This document shows, in pieces, positions 25,201 through 40,200 of a DNA stretch of 64,000 nucleotides. Both the position numbers and the translations under genes were made by a program. The notes beneath the pieces were generated by a model. That model did no database searches. It had not been told where the DNA came from and saw only the letters and a program-made list of their open reading frames with translations. The stretch is from the human T2T-CHM13v2.0 reference genome, Homo sapiens. Position 1 is the first letter of the stretch; each line of letters starts with the position of its first letter. The stretch is taken from assembly GCF_009914755.1 (NCBI RefSeq), contig NC_060939.1, one strand, 5' to 3'.

Positions 25201-28200
25201 GAAGATATCTCCTTCTCCAAAGCAGGTCTCAAAGCCCTCCAAATATTCACTTCAAGATTCCACGGAAAGATTGTCTCAACACTGCTAAATCTAAACAAAT
25301 GTTCAACTCTGTGTGATGAATGCACTAATCACAGAGAAGTTTCTCTGAATGCCTCTGTGTAGTTTTTATTTGAAGATATTTGCTTTTCCAGTATAGGGCG
25401 AAATAGGGCTCCAAATATTCACTTGCAGATTCTACAAAAGGAGAGATTCCAAACTGCTCAATCAAAACATAGGTTCAACACTGTGAGTTGAATGCACACA
25501 TCACAAAGAAGTTTCACAGAGTGCTTCTGGGTAGTTTTTATTTGAGGATATTTCCCTTTCCACAATAGGCCTCAAAGCTTTCCAAATATCCACTTGCAGA
25601 TTCTGCAAAAAGAGAGATACAAAACTGCTCTATCAAAAGATAGATTCGACTCTGTGAGTTGAATGCCAACATCGCAAAGAAGTTTCTCAGAATGCTTCTC
25701 TGCAGCTTTTTTGTGAGTATGTTTCGTTTTCCACCATAGGGCGAAATGGGGCTCCAAATATCCACTTGCATTTCCTACAAAAAGAGAGATTCTAAGCTGC
25801 TCAATCAAAACATTGTTTCAACACGGTTAGTTGAATGCACACATCCCAAAGATGTTTTTCAGAGTGCTTCTGTGTGGTTTTTATGTGAAGATACTTCCTT
25901 TTCCACAATAGGCCTCAAATCTCTGTAAATATCCACTTGCAGACTCTACAAAGAGTGTTTCCAAACTCCTCAATCATAAGATAGGTTCAACTCCGATAGT
26001 TGAATGCACACATCACAAAGAAGTTTCTCGGAAAGCTTCTGTGTAGTTTTTGATGAAGATATCTTCTTCTCTAAAACAGAACTCCAAGCCCTCCAAATAT
26101 TAACTTCAAGATTCTACGGAAAGATTGTCTCAAACTGCTAAATCAAAACAAAGGTTCAACTCTGTGTGATGAATGCATTCATCACAAAGAAGTTTCTCTG
26201 AGTGCTTCTGTGCAGTTTTTATTTGAAGATAATTGCTTTTCCAGTATAGGGCGAAATAGGGCTCCAAATATTCACTTGCAGATTCTACAGAAAGAGAGAT
26301 TCCAAACTGCTCAATCAAAACATAGGTTCAACACTGTGAGTTGAATGCATACATCGCAAAGAAGTTTCACAGAGTACTTCTGGGTGGTTTTTATTTGAAG
26401 ATATTTCCCTTTCCACAATAGGCCTCAAAGCTTTCCAAATGTCCACTTGCAGATTCCACCAAAAGAGTGTTTCGAAACTGCTCAATCAAAAGAAAGGTTC
26501 TACTCTGTGGGATGAATGCACACATCACAAAGTAGTTTCTCAGAATGCTTCTGTGTAGTTTTTATGTGAAGATATTTGTTTTTCCACAGTAGGCCCCAAA
26601 GAGCTCCAAATATTCACTTGCAGATTCTACAAAAAGAGTGTTCCAAAACTGCTCAATCATGAAATAGGATCAACCCTGTGAGATGAATGTACGTATGACA
26701 GAGAAGTTTCTCAGAATGCTTCTGTGTAGTTTTTATGCGAAGATATTCGACTTTCCACAGTACGCCTCAAAGTTCTCCAATTATCCACTCGTAGATCCTG
26801 CAAAAAGAGAGATTCAAAACTGCTCAATCAAAAGATAGTTTCTACTCCATTAGCTGAAAGACCACATCACAAAAAAAGTTTCTCAGGATGCTTCTGTGTA
26901 GTTTTTATGTGAAGATATTTGGTTTTCCACAGTAGGCCTCAAAGCGCTCCAAATATCCACTCACAGATTCTGCAAAAAGAGAGATTCAAAACTGCTGAAT
27001 CAAAAGACAGTTTCAACTCTGTGACTTCAGTGCACACCTCACAAGGATGTTTCTCAGAATGCTTCTGTGTAGTTTTTATATAAAGATATCTCCTTCTCCA
27101 AAATGGATCTCAAAGTTCTCCAAATATTCACTTCCAGATTCTATGGAAAGATTGTCTCAAAACTGCTCAATCAAACCAAAGGTTCAACTCTGTGAGATGA
27201 ATGCCCACATCACAAAGAAGTTTCTCAGAGTACTTCTGTGTAGTTTCTATTTGAGGATAGTTCCTTTTCCACCACAGACCAGAAAGGGCTCCAAATATCC
27301 ATTGCAGATGGTACAAAAAGTGAGATTCAAAACTGCTCAATCCAAAGGTAGTTTCAACCATGTGATATGAATGCACACAGCACAGAGAATTTTCTCAAAA
27401 TGCGTCTGTCTAGTTTTTATTTGAAGATATTTCCTTTTCTACCATAGGCCACAAACGTCTCCAAATATCCACATGCAGCTTCTACAAAAAGAGAGATTCA
27501 AAACTTCTCAATCAAAAGATAGGTTCAACTCTGTGAGTTGAAAGCACACCTCACAGAGAAGTTTCTCAGAGTGCTTCTGTGTGTTTTTATGTGAAGATAT
27601 TTCCTTTTCCACAATAGGCCTCAAAGCTCTCCAAATATCTGCGAGCAGAGTCTACAAAATGAGAGATTCAAAACTGCTCAATGAAAAGATAGGTTCAACT
27701 CTGTGAGTTGAATGCACACCTCCAAAGAAGTTTCTCAGAATGCTTCCGTGTAGTTTTTATGTGAAGATATTTACTTTTCCACAGTTGTCCCAAAGCTCTA
27801 AAATGTCCACTTGCAGACCCTCCAAAAGAGTGTTTCAGAATTGCTCAATCAAAGGGAAGGTTCAATTCTGTGTGACCAATGCACTCATCACAAAGAAGTT
27901 TGTCTGAATGCTTCTGTGTAGAATTGATTTGAAGATAATTCCTTTTCCACCACAGTCCGCAAAGGGCTAAAAATATCCACTTGCCGATTCCACAAAAAGA
28001 GAGATTCAAAACTGCTCAATCACAAGATAGGTTCAACTTGGTAATTGGAAAGCACACATGACAAACAATTTCTGAGAATGTTTCTGTGTAGTTTTTAAGG
28101 GAAGATATTTGATTTTCAAATGTAGGCCTCAAATCGCTCCAAATATCCACTTGCATATTGTACAAAAAGAGAGATTCAAAACTGGTCACTCAAAAGTTAG

Positions 28201-31200
28201 GTCCAGCTCTGTGAGCTGAATGCACACATCACAAAGATGTTTCTCAGAAGGTTTCTGTATAGTTTCTATATGAAGATATTGGCTTTTCCACAATATGCCT
28301 CAAATCTCCCCAATTATCCACTTGCAGATTCTAGAAAAAGAGTGTTTCAAAACAGCTCAATCAAAATAAACTTTCAACTCTGTGAGATCAATGCACACAT
28401 CACAAAGAAGTTTCTCAGAATGCTTCTGTGTAGTTTTTTTTGTGAAGATATTTGATTTTCCACAGCAGGCTTCCAAGCACTCCAAATATCCACTCGCAGA
28501 TTCTGCAAAAAGAGAGATTCAAATCTGCTGAATCAAAAGATAGGTTTAACTCTGTGACTTCAATGCACACCTCACAAGGGTGTTTCTCAGAAAGCTTCTG
28601 TGTAGTTTTTATATGAAGATATCTCCTTCTCCAAAGCAGGTCTCAAAGCCCTCCAAATATTCACTTCAAGATTCTACGGAAAGATTGTCTCAACACTGCT
28701 AAATCTAAACAAATGTTCAACTCTGTGTGATGAATGCACTCATCACAGAGAAGTTTCTCTGAATGCCTCTGTGTAGTTTTTATTTGAAGATATTTGCTTT
28801 TCCAGTATAGGGCGAAATAGGGCTCCAAATATTCACTTGCAGATTCTACAAAAGGAGAGATTCCAAACTGCTCAATCAAAACATAGGTTCAACACTGTGA
28901 GTTGAATGCACACATCACAAAGAAGTTTCACAGAGTGCTTCTGGGTAGTTTTTATTTGAGGATATTTCCCTTTCCACAATAGGCCTCAAAGCTTTCCAAA
29001 TATCCACTTGCAGATTCTGCAAAAAGAGAGATACAAAACTGCTCTATCAAAAGATAGATTCGACTCTGTGAGTTGAATGCCAACATCGCAAAGAAGTTTC
29101 TCAGAATGCTTCTCTGCAGCTTTTTTGTGAGTATGTTTCGTTTTCCACCATAGGGCGAAATGGGGCTCCAAATATCCACTTGCATTTCCTACAAAAAGAG
29201 AGATTCTAAGCTGCTCAATCAAAACACTGTTTCAACACGGTTAGTTGAATGCACACATCCCAAAGATGTTTTTCAGAGTGCTTCTGTGTGGTTTTTATGT
29301 GAAGATACTTCCTTTTCCACAATAGGCCTCAAATCTCTGTAAATATCCACCTGCAGACTCTACAAAGAGTGTTTCCAAACTGCTCAATCATAAGATAGGT
29401 TCAACTCCGATAGTTGAATGCACACATCACAAAGAAGTTTCTCGGAAAGCTTCTGTGTAGTTTTTGATGAAGATATCTTCTTCTCTAAAACAGAACTCCA
29501 AGCCCTCCAAATATTCACTTCAAGATTCTACGGAAAGATTGTCTCAAACTGCTAAATCAAAACAAAGGTTCAACTCTGTGTGATGAATGCATTCATCACA
29601 AAGAAGTTTCTCTGAGTGCTTCTGTGCAGTTTTTATTTGAAGATAATTGCTTTTCCAGTATAGGGCGAAATAGGGCTCCAAATATTCACTTGCAGATTCT
29701 ACAGAAAGAGAGATTCCAAACTGCTCAATCAAAACATAGGTTCAACACTGTGAGTTGAATGCATACATCGCAAAGAAGTTTCACAGAGTACTTCTGGGTG
29801 GTTTTTATTTGAAGATATTTCCCTTTCCACAATAGGCCTCAAAGCTTTCCAAATGTCCACTTGCAGATTCCACCAAAAGAGTGTTTCGAAACTGCTCAAT
29901 CAAAAGAAAGGTTCTACTCTGTGGGATGAATGCACACATCACAAAGTAGTTTCTCAGAATGCTTCTGTGTAGTTTTTATGTGAAGATATTTGTTTTTCCA
30001 CAGTAGGCCCCAAAGAGCTCCAAATATTCACTTGCAGATTCTACAAAAAGAGTGTTCCAAAACTGCTCAATCATGAAATAGGATCAACCCTGTGAGATGA
30101 ATGTACGTATGACAGAGAAGTTTCTCAGAATGCTTCTGTGTAGTTTTTATGCGAAGATATTCGATTTTCCACAGTACGCCTCAAAGTTCTCCAATTATCC
30201 ACTCGTAGATCCTGCAAAAAGAGAGATTCAAAACTGCTCAATCAAAAGATAGTTTCTACTCCATTAGCTGAAAGACCACATCACAAAAAAAGTTTCTCAG
30301 GATGCTTCTGTGTAGTTTTTATGTGAAGATATTTGGTTTTCCACAGTAGGCCTCAAAGCGCTCCAAATATCCACTCACAGATTCTGCAAAAAGAGAGATT
30401 CAAAACTGCTGAATCAAAAGACAGTTTCAACTCTGTGACTTCAGTGCACACCTCACAAGGATGTTTCTCAGAATGCTTCTGTGTAGTTTTTATATAAAGA
30501 TATCTCCTTCTCCAAAATGGATCTCAAAGTTCTCCAAATATTCACTTCCAGATTCTATGGAAAGATTGTCTCAAAACTGCTCAATCAAACCAAAGGTTCA
30601 ACTCTGTGAGATGAATGCCCACATCACAAAGAAGTTTCTCAGAGTACTTCTGTGTAGTTTCTATTTGAGGATAGTTCCTTTTCCACCACAGACCAGAAAG
30701 GGCTCCAAATATCCATTGCAGATGGTACAAAAAGTGAGATTCAAAACTGCTCAATCCAAAGGTAGTTTCAACCATGTGATATGAATGCACACAGCACAGA
30801 GAATTTTCTCAAAATGCGTCTGTCTAGTTTTTATTTGAAGATATTTCCTTTTCTACCATAGGCCACAAACGTCTCCAAATATCCACATGCAGCTTCTACA
30901 AAAAGAGAGATTCAAAACTTCTCAATCAAAAGATAGGTTCAACTCTGTGAGTTGAAAGCACACCTCACAGAGAAGTTTCTCAGAGTGCTTCTGTGTGTTT
31001 TTATGTGAAGATATTTCCTTTTCCACAATAGGCCTCAAAGCTCTCCAAATATCTGCGAGCAGAGTCTACAAAATGAGAGATTCAAAACTGCTCAATGAAA
31101 AGATAGGTTCAACTCTGTGAGTTGAATGCACACCTCCAAAGAAGTTTCTCAGAATGCTTCCGTGTAGTTTTTATGTGAAGATATTTACTTTTCCACAGTT

Positions 31201-34200
31201 GTCCCAAAGCTCTAAAATGTCCACTTGCAGACCCTCCAAAAGAGTGTTTCAGAATTGCTCAATCAAAGGGAAGGTTCAATTCTGTGTGACCAATGCACTC
31301 ATCACAAAGAAGTTTGTCTGAATGCTTCTGTGTAGAATTGATTTGAAGATAATTCCTTTTCCACCACAGTCCGCAAAGGGCTAAAAATATCCACTTGCCG
31401 ATTCCACAAAAAGAGAGATTCAAAACTGCTCAATCACAAGATAGGTTCAACTTGGTAATTGGAAAGCACACATGACAAACAATTTCTGAGAATGTTTCTG
31501 TGTAGTTTTTAAGGGAAGATATTTGATTTTCAAATGTAGGCCTCAAATCGCTCCAAATATCCACTTGCATATTGTACAAAAAGAGAGATTCAAAACTGGT
31601 CACTCAAAAGTTAGGTCCAGCTCTGTGAGCTGAATGCACACATCACAAAGATGTTTCTCAGAAGGTTTCTGTATAGTTTCTATATGAAGATATTGGCTTT
31701 TCCACAATATGCCTCAAATCTCCCCAATTATCCACTTGCAGATTCTAGAAAAAGAGTGTTTCAAAACAGCTCAATCAAAATAAACTTTCAACTCTGTGAG
31801 ATCAATGCACACATCACAAAGAAGTTTCTCAGAATGCTTCTGTGTAGTTTTTTTTGTGAAGATATTTGATTTTCCACAGCAGGCTTCCAAGCACTCCAAA
31901 TATCCACTCGCAGATTCTGCAAAAAGAGAGATTCAAATCTGCTGAATCAAAAGATAGGTTTAACTCTGTGACTTCAATGCACACCTCACAAGGGTGTTTC
32001 TCAGAAAGCTTCTGTGTAGTTTTTATATGAAGATATCTCCTTCTCCAAAGCAGGTCTCAAAGCCCTCCAAATATTCACTTCAAGATTCTACGGAAAGATT
32101 GTCTCAACACTGCTAAATCTAAACAAATGTTCAACTCTGTGTGATGAATGCACTCATCACAGAGAAGTTTCTCTGAATGCCTCTGTGTAGTTTTTATTTG
32201 AAGATATTTGCTTTTCCAGTATAGGGCGAAATAGGGCTCCAAATATTCACTTGCAGATTCTACAAAAGGAGAGATTCCAAACTGCTCAATCAAAACATAG
32301 GTTCAACACTGTGAGTTGAATGCACACATCACAAAGAAGTTTCACAGAGTGCTTCTGGGTAGTTTTTATTTGAGGATATTTCCCTTTCCACAATAGGCCT
32401 CAAAGCTTTCCAAATATCCACTTGCAGATTCTGCAAAAAGAGAGATACAAAACTGCTCTATCAAAAGATAGATTCGACTCTGTGAGTTGAATGCCAACAT
32501 CGCAAAGAAGTTTCTCAGAATGCTTCTCTGCAGCTTTTTTGTGAGTATGTTTCGTTTTCCACCATAGGGCGAAATGGGGCTCCAAATATCCACTTGCATT
32601 TCCTACAAAAAGAGAGATTCTAAGCTGCTCAATCAAAACACTGTTTCAACACGGTTAGTTGAATGCACACATCCCAAAGATGTTTTTCAGAGTGCTTCTG
32701 TGTGGTTTTTATGTGAAGATACTTCCTTTTCCACAATAGGCCTCAAATCTCTGTAAATATCCACCTGCAGACTCTACAAAGAGTGTTTCCAAACTGCTCA
32801 ATCATAAGATAGGTTCAACTCCGATAGTTGAATGCACACATCACAAAGAAGTTTCTCGGAAAGCTTCTGTGTAGTTTTTGATGAAGATATCTTCTTCTCT
32901 AAAACAGAACTCCAAGCCCTCCAAATATTCACTTCAAGATTCTACGGAAAGATTGTCTCAAACTGCTAAATCAAAACAAAGGTTCAACTCTGTGTGATGA
33001 ATGCATTCATCACAAAGAAGTTTCTCTGAGTGCTTCTGTGCAGTTTTTATTTGAAGATAATTGCTTTTCCAGTATAGGGCGAAATAGGGCTCCAAATATT
33101 CACTTGCAGATTCTACAGAAAGAGAGATTCCAAACTGCTCAATCAAAACATAGGTTCAACACTGTGAGTTGAATGCATACATCGCAAAGAAGTTTCACAG
33201 AGTACTTCTGGGTGGTTTTTATTTGAAGATATTTCCCTTTCCACAATAGGCCTCAAAGCTTTCCAAATGTCCACTTGCAGATTCCACCAAAAGAGTGTTT
33301 CGAAACTGCTCAATCAAAAGAAAGGTTCTACTCTGTGGGATGAATGCACACATCACAAAGTAGTTTCTCAGAATGCTTCTGTGTAGTTTTTATGTGAAGA
33401 TATTTGTTTTTCCACAGTAGGCCCCAAAGAGCTCCAAATATTCACTTGCAGATTCTACAAAAAGAGTGTTCCAAAACTGCTCAATCATGAAATAGGATCA
33501 ACCCTGTGAGATGAATGTACGTATGACAGAGAAGTTTCTCAGAATGCTTCTGTGTAGTTTTTATGCGAAGATATTCGACTTTCCACAGTACGCCTCAAAG
33601 TTCTCCAATTATCCACTCGTAGATCCTGCAAAAAGAGAGATTCAAAACTGCTCAATCAAAAGATAGTTTCTACTCCATTAGCTGAAACACCACATCACAA
33701 AAAAAGTTTCTCAGGATGCTTCTGTGTAGTTTTTATGTGAAGATATTTGGTTTTCCACAGTAGGCCTCAAAGCGCTCCAAATATCCACTCACAGATTCTG
33801 CAAAAAGAGAGATTCAAAACTGCTGAATCAAAAGACAGTTTCAACTCTGTGACTTCAGTGCACACCTCACAAGGATGTTTCTCAGAATGCTTCTGTGTAG
33901 TTTTTATATAAAGATATCTCCTTCTCCAAAATGGATCTCAAAGTTCTCCAAATATTCACTTCCAGATTCTATGGAAAGATTGTCTCAAAACTGCTCAATC
34001 AAACCAAAGGTTCAACTCTGTGAGATGAATGCCCACATCACAAAGAAGTTTCTCAGAGTACTTCTGTGTAGTTTCTATTTGAGGATAGTTCCTTTTCCAC
34101 CACAGACCAGAAAGGGCTCCAAATATCCATTGCAGATGGTACAAAAAGTGAGATTCAAAACTGCTCAATCCAAAGGTAGTTTCAACCATGTGATATGAAT

Positions 34201-37200
34201 GCACACAGCACAGAGAATTTTCTCAAAATGCGTCTGCCTAGTTTTTATTTGAAGATATTTCCTTTTCTACCATAGGCCACAAACGTCTCCAAATATCCAC
34301 ATGCAGCTTCTACAAAAAGAGAGATTCAAAACTTCTCAATCAAAAGATAGGTTCAACTCTGTGAGTTGAAAGCACACCTCACAGAGAAGTTTCTCAGAGT
34401 GCTTCTGTGTGTTTTTATGTGAAGATATTTCCTTTTCCACAATAGGCCTCAAAGCTCTCCAAATATCTGCGAGCAGAGTCTACAAAATGAGAGATTCAAA
34501 ACTGCTCAATGAAAAGATAGGTTCAACTCTGTGAGTTGAATGCACACCTCCAAAGAAGTTTCTCAGAATGCTTCCGTGTAGTTTTTATGTGAAGATATTT
34601 ACTTTTCCACAGTTGTCCCAAAGCTCTAAAATGTCCACTTGCAGACCCTCCAAAAGAGTGTTTCAGAATTGCTCAATCAAAGGGAAGGTTCAATTCTGTG
34701 TGACCAATGCACTCATCACAAAGAAGTTTGTCTGAATGCTTCTGTGTAGAATTGATTTGAAGATAATTCCTTTTCCACCACAGTCCGCAAAGGGCTAAAA
34801 ATATCCACTTGCCGATTCCACAAAAAGAGAGATTCAAAACTGCTCAATCACAAGATAGGTTCAACTTGGTAATTGGAAAGCACACATGACAAACAATTTC
34901 TGAGAATGTTTCTGTGTAGTTTTTAAGGGAAGATATTTGATTTTCAAATGTAGGCCTCAAATCGCTCCAAATATCCACTTGCATATTGTACAAAAAGAGA
35001 GATTCAAAACTGGTCACTCAAAAGTTAGGTCCAGCTCTGTGAGCTGAATGCACACATCACAAAGATGTTTCTCAGAAGGTTTCTGTATAGTTTCTATATG
35101 AAGATATTGGCTTTTCCACAATATGCCTCAAATCTCCCCAATTATCCACTTGCAGATTCTAGAAAAAGAGTGTTTCAAAACAGCTCAATCAAAATAAACT
35201 TTCAACTCTGTGAGATCAATGCACACATCACAAAGAAGTTTCTCAGAATGCTTCTGTGTAGTTTTTTTTGTGAAGATATTTGATTTTCCACAGCAGGCTT
35301 CCAAGCACTCCAAATATCCACTCGCAGATTCTGCAAAAAGAGAGATTCAAATCTGCTGAATCAAAAGATAGGTTTAACTCTGTGACTTCAATGCACACCT
35401 CACAAGGGTGTTTCTCAGAAAGCTTCTGTGTAGTTTTTATATGAAGATATCTCCTTCTCCAAAGCAGGTCTCAAAGCCCTCCAAATATTCACTTCAAGAT
35501 TCTACGGAAAGATTGTCTCAACACTGCTAAATCTAAACAAATGTTCAACTCTGTGTGATGAATGCACTCATCACAGAGAAGTTTCTCTGAATGCCTCTGT
35601 GTAGTTTTTATTTGAAGATATTTGCTTTTCCAGTATAGGGCGAAATAGGGCTCCAAATATTCCCTTGCAGATTCTACAAAAGGAGAGATTCCAAACTGCT
35701 CAATCAAAACATAGGTTCAACACTGTGAGTTGAATGCACACATCACAAAGAAGTTTCACAGAGTGCTTCTGGGTAGTTTTTATTTGAGGATATTTCCCTT
35801 TCCACAATAGGCCTCAAAGCTTTCCAAATATCCACTTGCAGATTCTGCAAAAAGAGAGATACAAAACTGCTCTATCAAAAGATAGATTCGACTCTGTGAG
35901 TTGAATGCCAACATCGCAAAGAAGTTTCTCAGAATGCTTCTCTGCAGCTTTTTTGTGAGTATGTTTCGTTTTCCACCATAGGGCGAAATGGGGCTCCAAA
36001 TATCCACTTGCATTTCCTACAAAAAGAGAGATTCTAAGCTGCTCAATCAAAACATTGTTTCAACACGGTTAGTTGAATGCACACATCCCAAAGATGTTTT
36101 TCAGAGTGCTTCTGTGTGGTTTTTATGTGAAGATACTTCCTTTTCCACAATAGGCCTCAAATCTCTGTAAATATCCACCTGCAGACTCTACAAAGAGTGT
36201 TTCCAAACTGCTCAATCATAAGATAGGTTCAACTCCGATAGTTGAATGCACACATCACAAAGAAGTTTCTCGGAAAGCTTCTGTGTAGTTTTTGATGAAG
36301 ATATCTTCTTCTCTAAAACAGAACTCCAAGCCCTCCAAATATTCACTTCAAGATTCTACGGAAAGATTGTCTCAAACTGCTAAATCAAAACAAAGGTTCA
36401 ACTCTGTGTGATGAATGCATTCATCACAAAGAAGTTTCTCTGAGTGCTTCTGTGCAGTTTTTATTTGAAGATAATTGCTTTTCCAGTATAGGGCGAAATA
36501 GGGCTCCAAATATTCACTTGCAGATTCTACAGAAAGAGAGATTCCAAACTGCTCAATCAAAACATAGGTTCAACACTGTGAGTTGAATGCATACATCGCA
36601 AAGAAGTTTCACAGAGTACTTCTGGGTGGTTTTTATTTGAAGATATTTCCCTTTCCACAATAGGCCTCAAAGCTTTCCAAATGTCCACTTGCAGATTCCA
36701 CCAAAAGAGTGTTTCGAAACTGCTCAATCAAAAGAAAGGTTCTACTCTGTGGGATGAATGCACACATCACAAAGTAGTTTCTCAGAATGCTTCTGTGTAG
36801 TTTTTATGTGAAGATATTTGTTTTTCCACAGTAGGCCCCAAAGAGCTCCAAATATTCACTTGCAGATTCTACAAAAAGAGTGTTCCAAAACTGCTCAATC
36901 ATGAAATAGGATCAACCCTGTGAGATGAATGTACGTATGACAGAGAAGTTTCTCAGAATGCTTCTGTGTAGTTTTTATGCGAAGATATTCGACTTTCCAC
37001 AGTACGCCTCAAAGTTCTCCAATTATCCACTCGTAGATCCTGCAAAAAGAGAGATTCAAAACTGCTCAATCAAAAGATAGTTTCTACTCCATTAGCTGAA
37101 AGACCACATCACAAAAAAAGTTTCTCAGGATGCTTCTGTGTAGTTTTTATGTGAAGATATTTGGTTTTCCACAGTAGGCCTCAAAGCGCTCCAAATATCC

Positions 37201-40200
37201 ACTCACAGATTCTGCAAAAAGAGAGATTCAAAACTGCTGAATCAAAAGACAGTTTCAACTCTGTGACTTCAGTGCACACCTCACAAGGATGTTTCTCAGA
37301 ATGCTTCTGTGTAGTTTTTATATAAAGATATCTCCTTCTCCAAAATGGATCTCAAAGTTCTCCAAATATTCACTTCCAGATTCTATGGAAAGATTGTCTC
37401 AAAACTGCTCAATCAAACCAAAGGTTCAACTCTGTGAGATGAATGCCCACATCACAAAGAAGTTTCTCAGAGTACTTCTGTGTAGTTTCTATTTGAGGAT
37501 AGTTCCTTTTCCACCACAGACCAGAAAGGGCTCCAAATATCCATTGCAGATGGTACAAAAAGTGAGATTCAAAACTGCTCAATCCAAAGGTAGTTTCAAC
37601 CATGTGATATGAATGCACACAGCACAGAGAATTTTCTCAAAATGCGTCTGCCTAGTTTTTATTTGAAGATATTTCCTTTTCTACCATAGGCCACAAACGT
37701 CTCCAAATATCCACATGCAGCTTCTACAAAAAGAGAGATTCAAAACTTCTCAATCAAAAGATAGGTTCAACTCTGTGAGTTGAAAGCACACCTCACAGAG
37801 AAGTTTCTCAGAGTGCTTCTGTGTGTTTTTATGTGAAGATATTTCCTTTTCCACAATAGGCCTCAAAGCTCTCCAAATATCTGCGAGCAGAGTCTACAAA
37901 ATGAGAGATTCAAAACTGCTCAATGAAAAGATAGGTTCAACTCTGTGAGTTGAATGCACACCTCCAAAGAAGTTTCTCAGAATGCTTCCGTGTAGTTTTT
38001 ATGTGAAGATATTTACTTTTCCACAGTTGTCCCAAAGCTCTAAAATGTCCACTTGCAGACCCTCCAAAAGAGTGTTTCAGAATTGCTCAATCAAAGGGAA
38101 GGTTCAATTCTGTGTGACCAATGCACTCATCACAAAGAAGTTTGTCTGAATGCTTCTGTGTAGAATTGATTTGAAGATAATTCCTTTTCCACCACAGTCC
38201 GCAAAGGGCTAAAAATATCCACTTGCCGATTCCACAAAAAGAGAGATTCAAAACTGCTCAATCACAAGATAGGTTCAACTTGGTAATTGGAAAGCACACA
38301 TGACAAACAATTTCTGAGAATGTTTCTGTGTAGTTTTTAAGGGAAGATATTTGATTTTCAAATGTAGGCCTCAAATCGCTCCAAATATCCACTTGCATAT
38401 TGTACAAAAAGAGAGATTCAAAACTGGTCACTCAAAAGTTAGGTCCAGCTCTGTGAGCTGAATGCACACATCACAAAGATGTTTCTCAGAAGGTTTCTGT
38501 ATAGTTTCTATATGAAGATATTGGCTTTTCCACAATATGCCTCAAATCTCCCCAATTATCCACTTGCAGATTCTAGAAAAAGAGTGTTTCAAAACAGCTC
38601 AATCAAAATAAACTTTCAACTCTGTGAGATCAATGCACACATCACAAAGAAGTTTCTCAGAATGCTTCTGTGTAGTTTTTTTTGTGAAGATATTTGATTT
38701 TCCACAGCAGGCTTCCAAGCACTCCAAATATCCACTCGCAGATTCTGCAAAAAGAGAGATTCAAATCTGCTGAATCAAAAGATAGGTTTAACTCTGTGAC
38801 TTCAATGCACACCTCACAAGGGTGTTTCTCAGAAAGCTTCTGTGTAGTTTTTATATGAAGATATCTCCTTCTCCAAAGCAGGTCTCAAAGCCCTCCAAAT
38901 ATTCACTTCAAGATTCTACGGAAAGATTGTCTCAACACTGCTAAATCTAAACAAATGTTCAACTCTGTGTGATGAATGCACTCATCACAGAGAAGTTTCT
39001 CTGAATGCCTCTGTGTAGTTTTTATTTGAAGATATTTGCTTTTCCAGTATAGGGCGAAATAGGGCTCCAAATATTCACTTGCAGATTCTACAAAAGGAGA
39101 GATTCCAAACTGCTCAATCAAAACATAGGTTCAACACTGTGAGTTGAATGCACACATCACAAAGAAGTTTCACAGAGTGCTTCTGGGTAGTTTTTATTTG
39201 AGGATATTTCCCTTTCCACAATAGGCCTCAAAGCTTTCCAAATATCCACTTGCAGATTCTGCAAAAAGAGAGATACAAAACTGCTCTATCAAAAGATAGA
39301 TTCGACTCTGTGAGTTGAATGCCAACATCGCAAAGAAGTTTCTCAGAATGCTTCTCTGCAGCTTTTTTGTGAGTATGTTTCGTTTTCCACCATAGGGCGA
39401 AATGGGGCTCCAAATATCCACTTGCATTTCCTACAAAAAGAGAGATTCTAAGCTGCTCAATCAAAACATTGTTTCAACACGGTTAGTTGAATGCACACAT
39501 CCCAAAGATGTTTTTCAGAGTGCTTCTGTGTGGTTTTTATGTGAAGATACTTCCTTTTCCACAATAGGCCTCAAATCTCTGTAAATATCCACCTGCAGAC
39601 TCTACAAAGAGTGTTTCCAAACTGCTCAATCATAAGATAGGTTCAACTCCGATAGTTGAATGCACACATCACAAAGAAGTTTCTCGGAAAGCTTCTGTGT
39701 AGTTTTTGATGAAGATATCTCCTTCTCTAAAACAGAACTCCAAGCCCTCCAAATATTCACTTCAAGATTCTACGGAAAGATTGTCTCAAACTGCTAAATC
39801 AAAACAAAGGTTCAACTCTGTGTGATGAATGCATTCATCACAAAGAAGTTTCTCTGAGTGCTTCTGTGCAGTTTTTATTTGAAGATAATTGCTTTTCCAG
39901 TATAGGGCGAAATAGGGCTCCAAATATTCACTTGCAGATTCTACAGAAAGAGAGATTCCAAACTGCTCAATCAAAACATAGGTTCAACACTGTGAGTTGA
40001 ATGCATACATCGCAAAGAAGTTTCACAGAGTACTTCTGGGTGGTTTTTATTTGAAGATATTTCCCTTTCCACAATAGGCCTCAAAGCTTTCCAAATGTCC
40101 ACTTGCAGATTCCACCAAAAGAGTGTTTCGAAACTGCTCAATCAAAAGAAAGGTTCTACTCTGTGGGATGAATGCACACATCACAAAGTAGTTTCTCAGA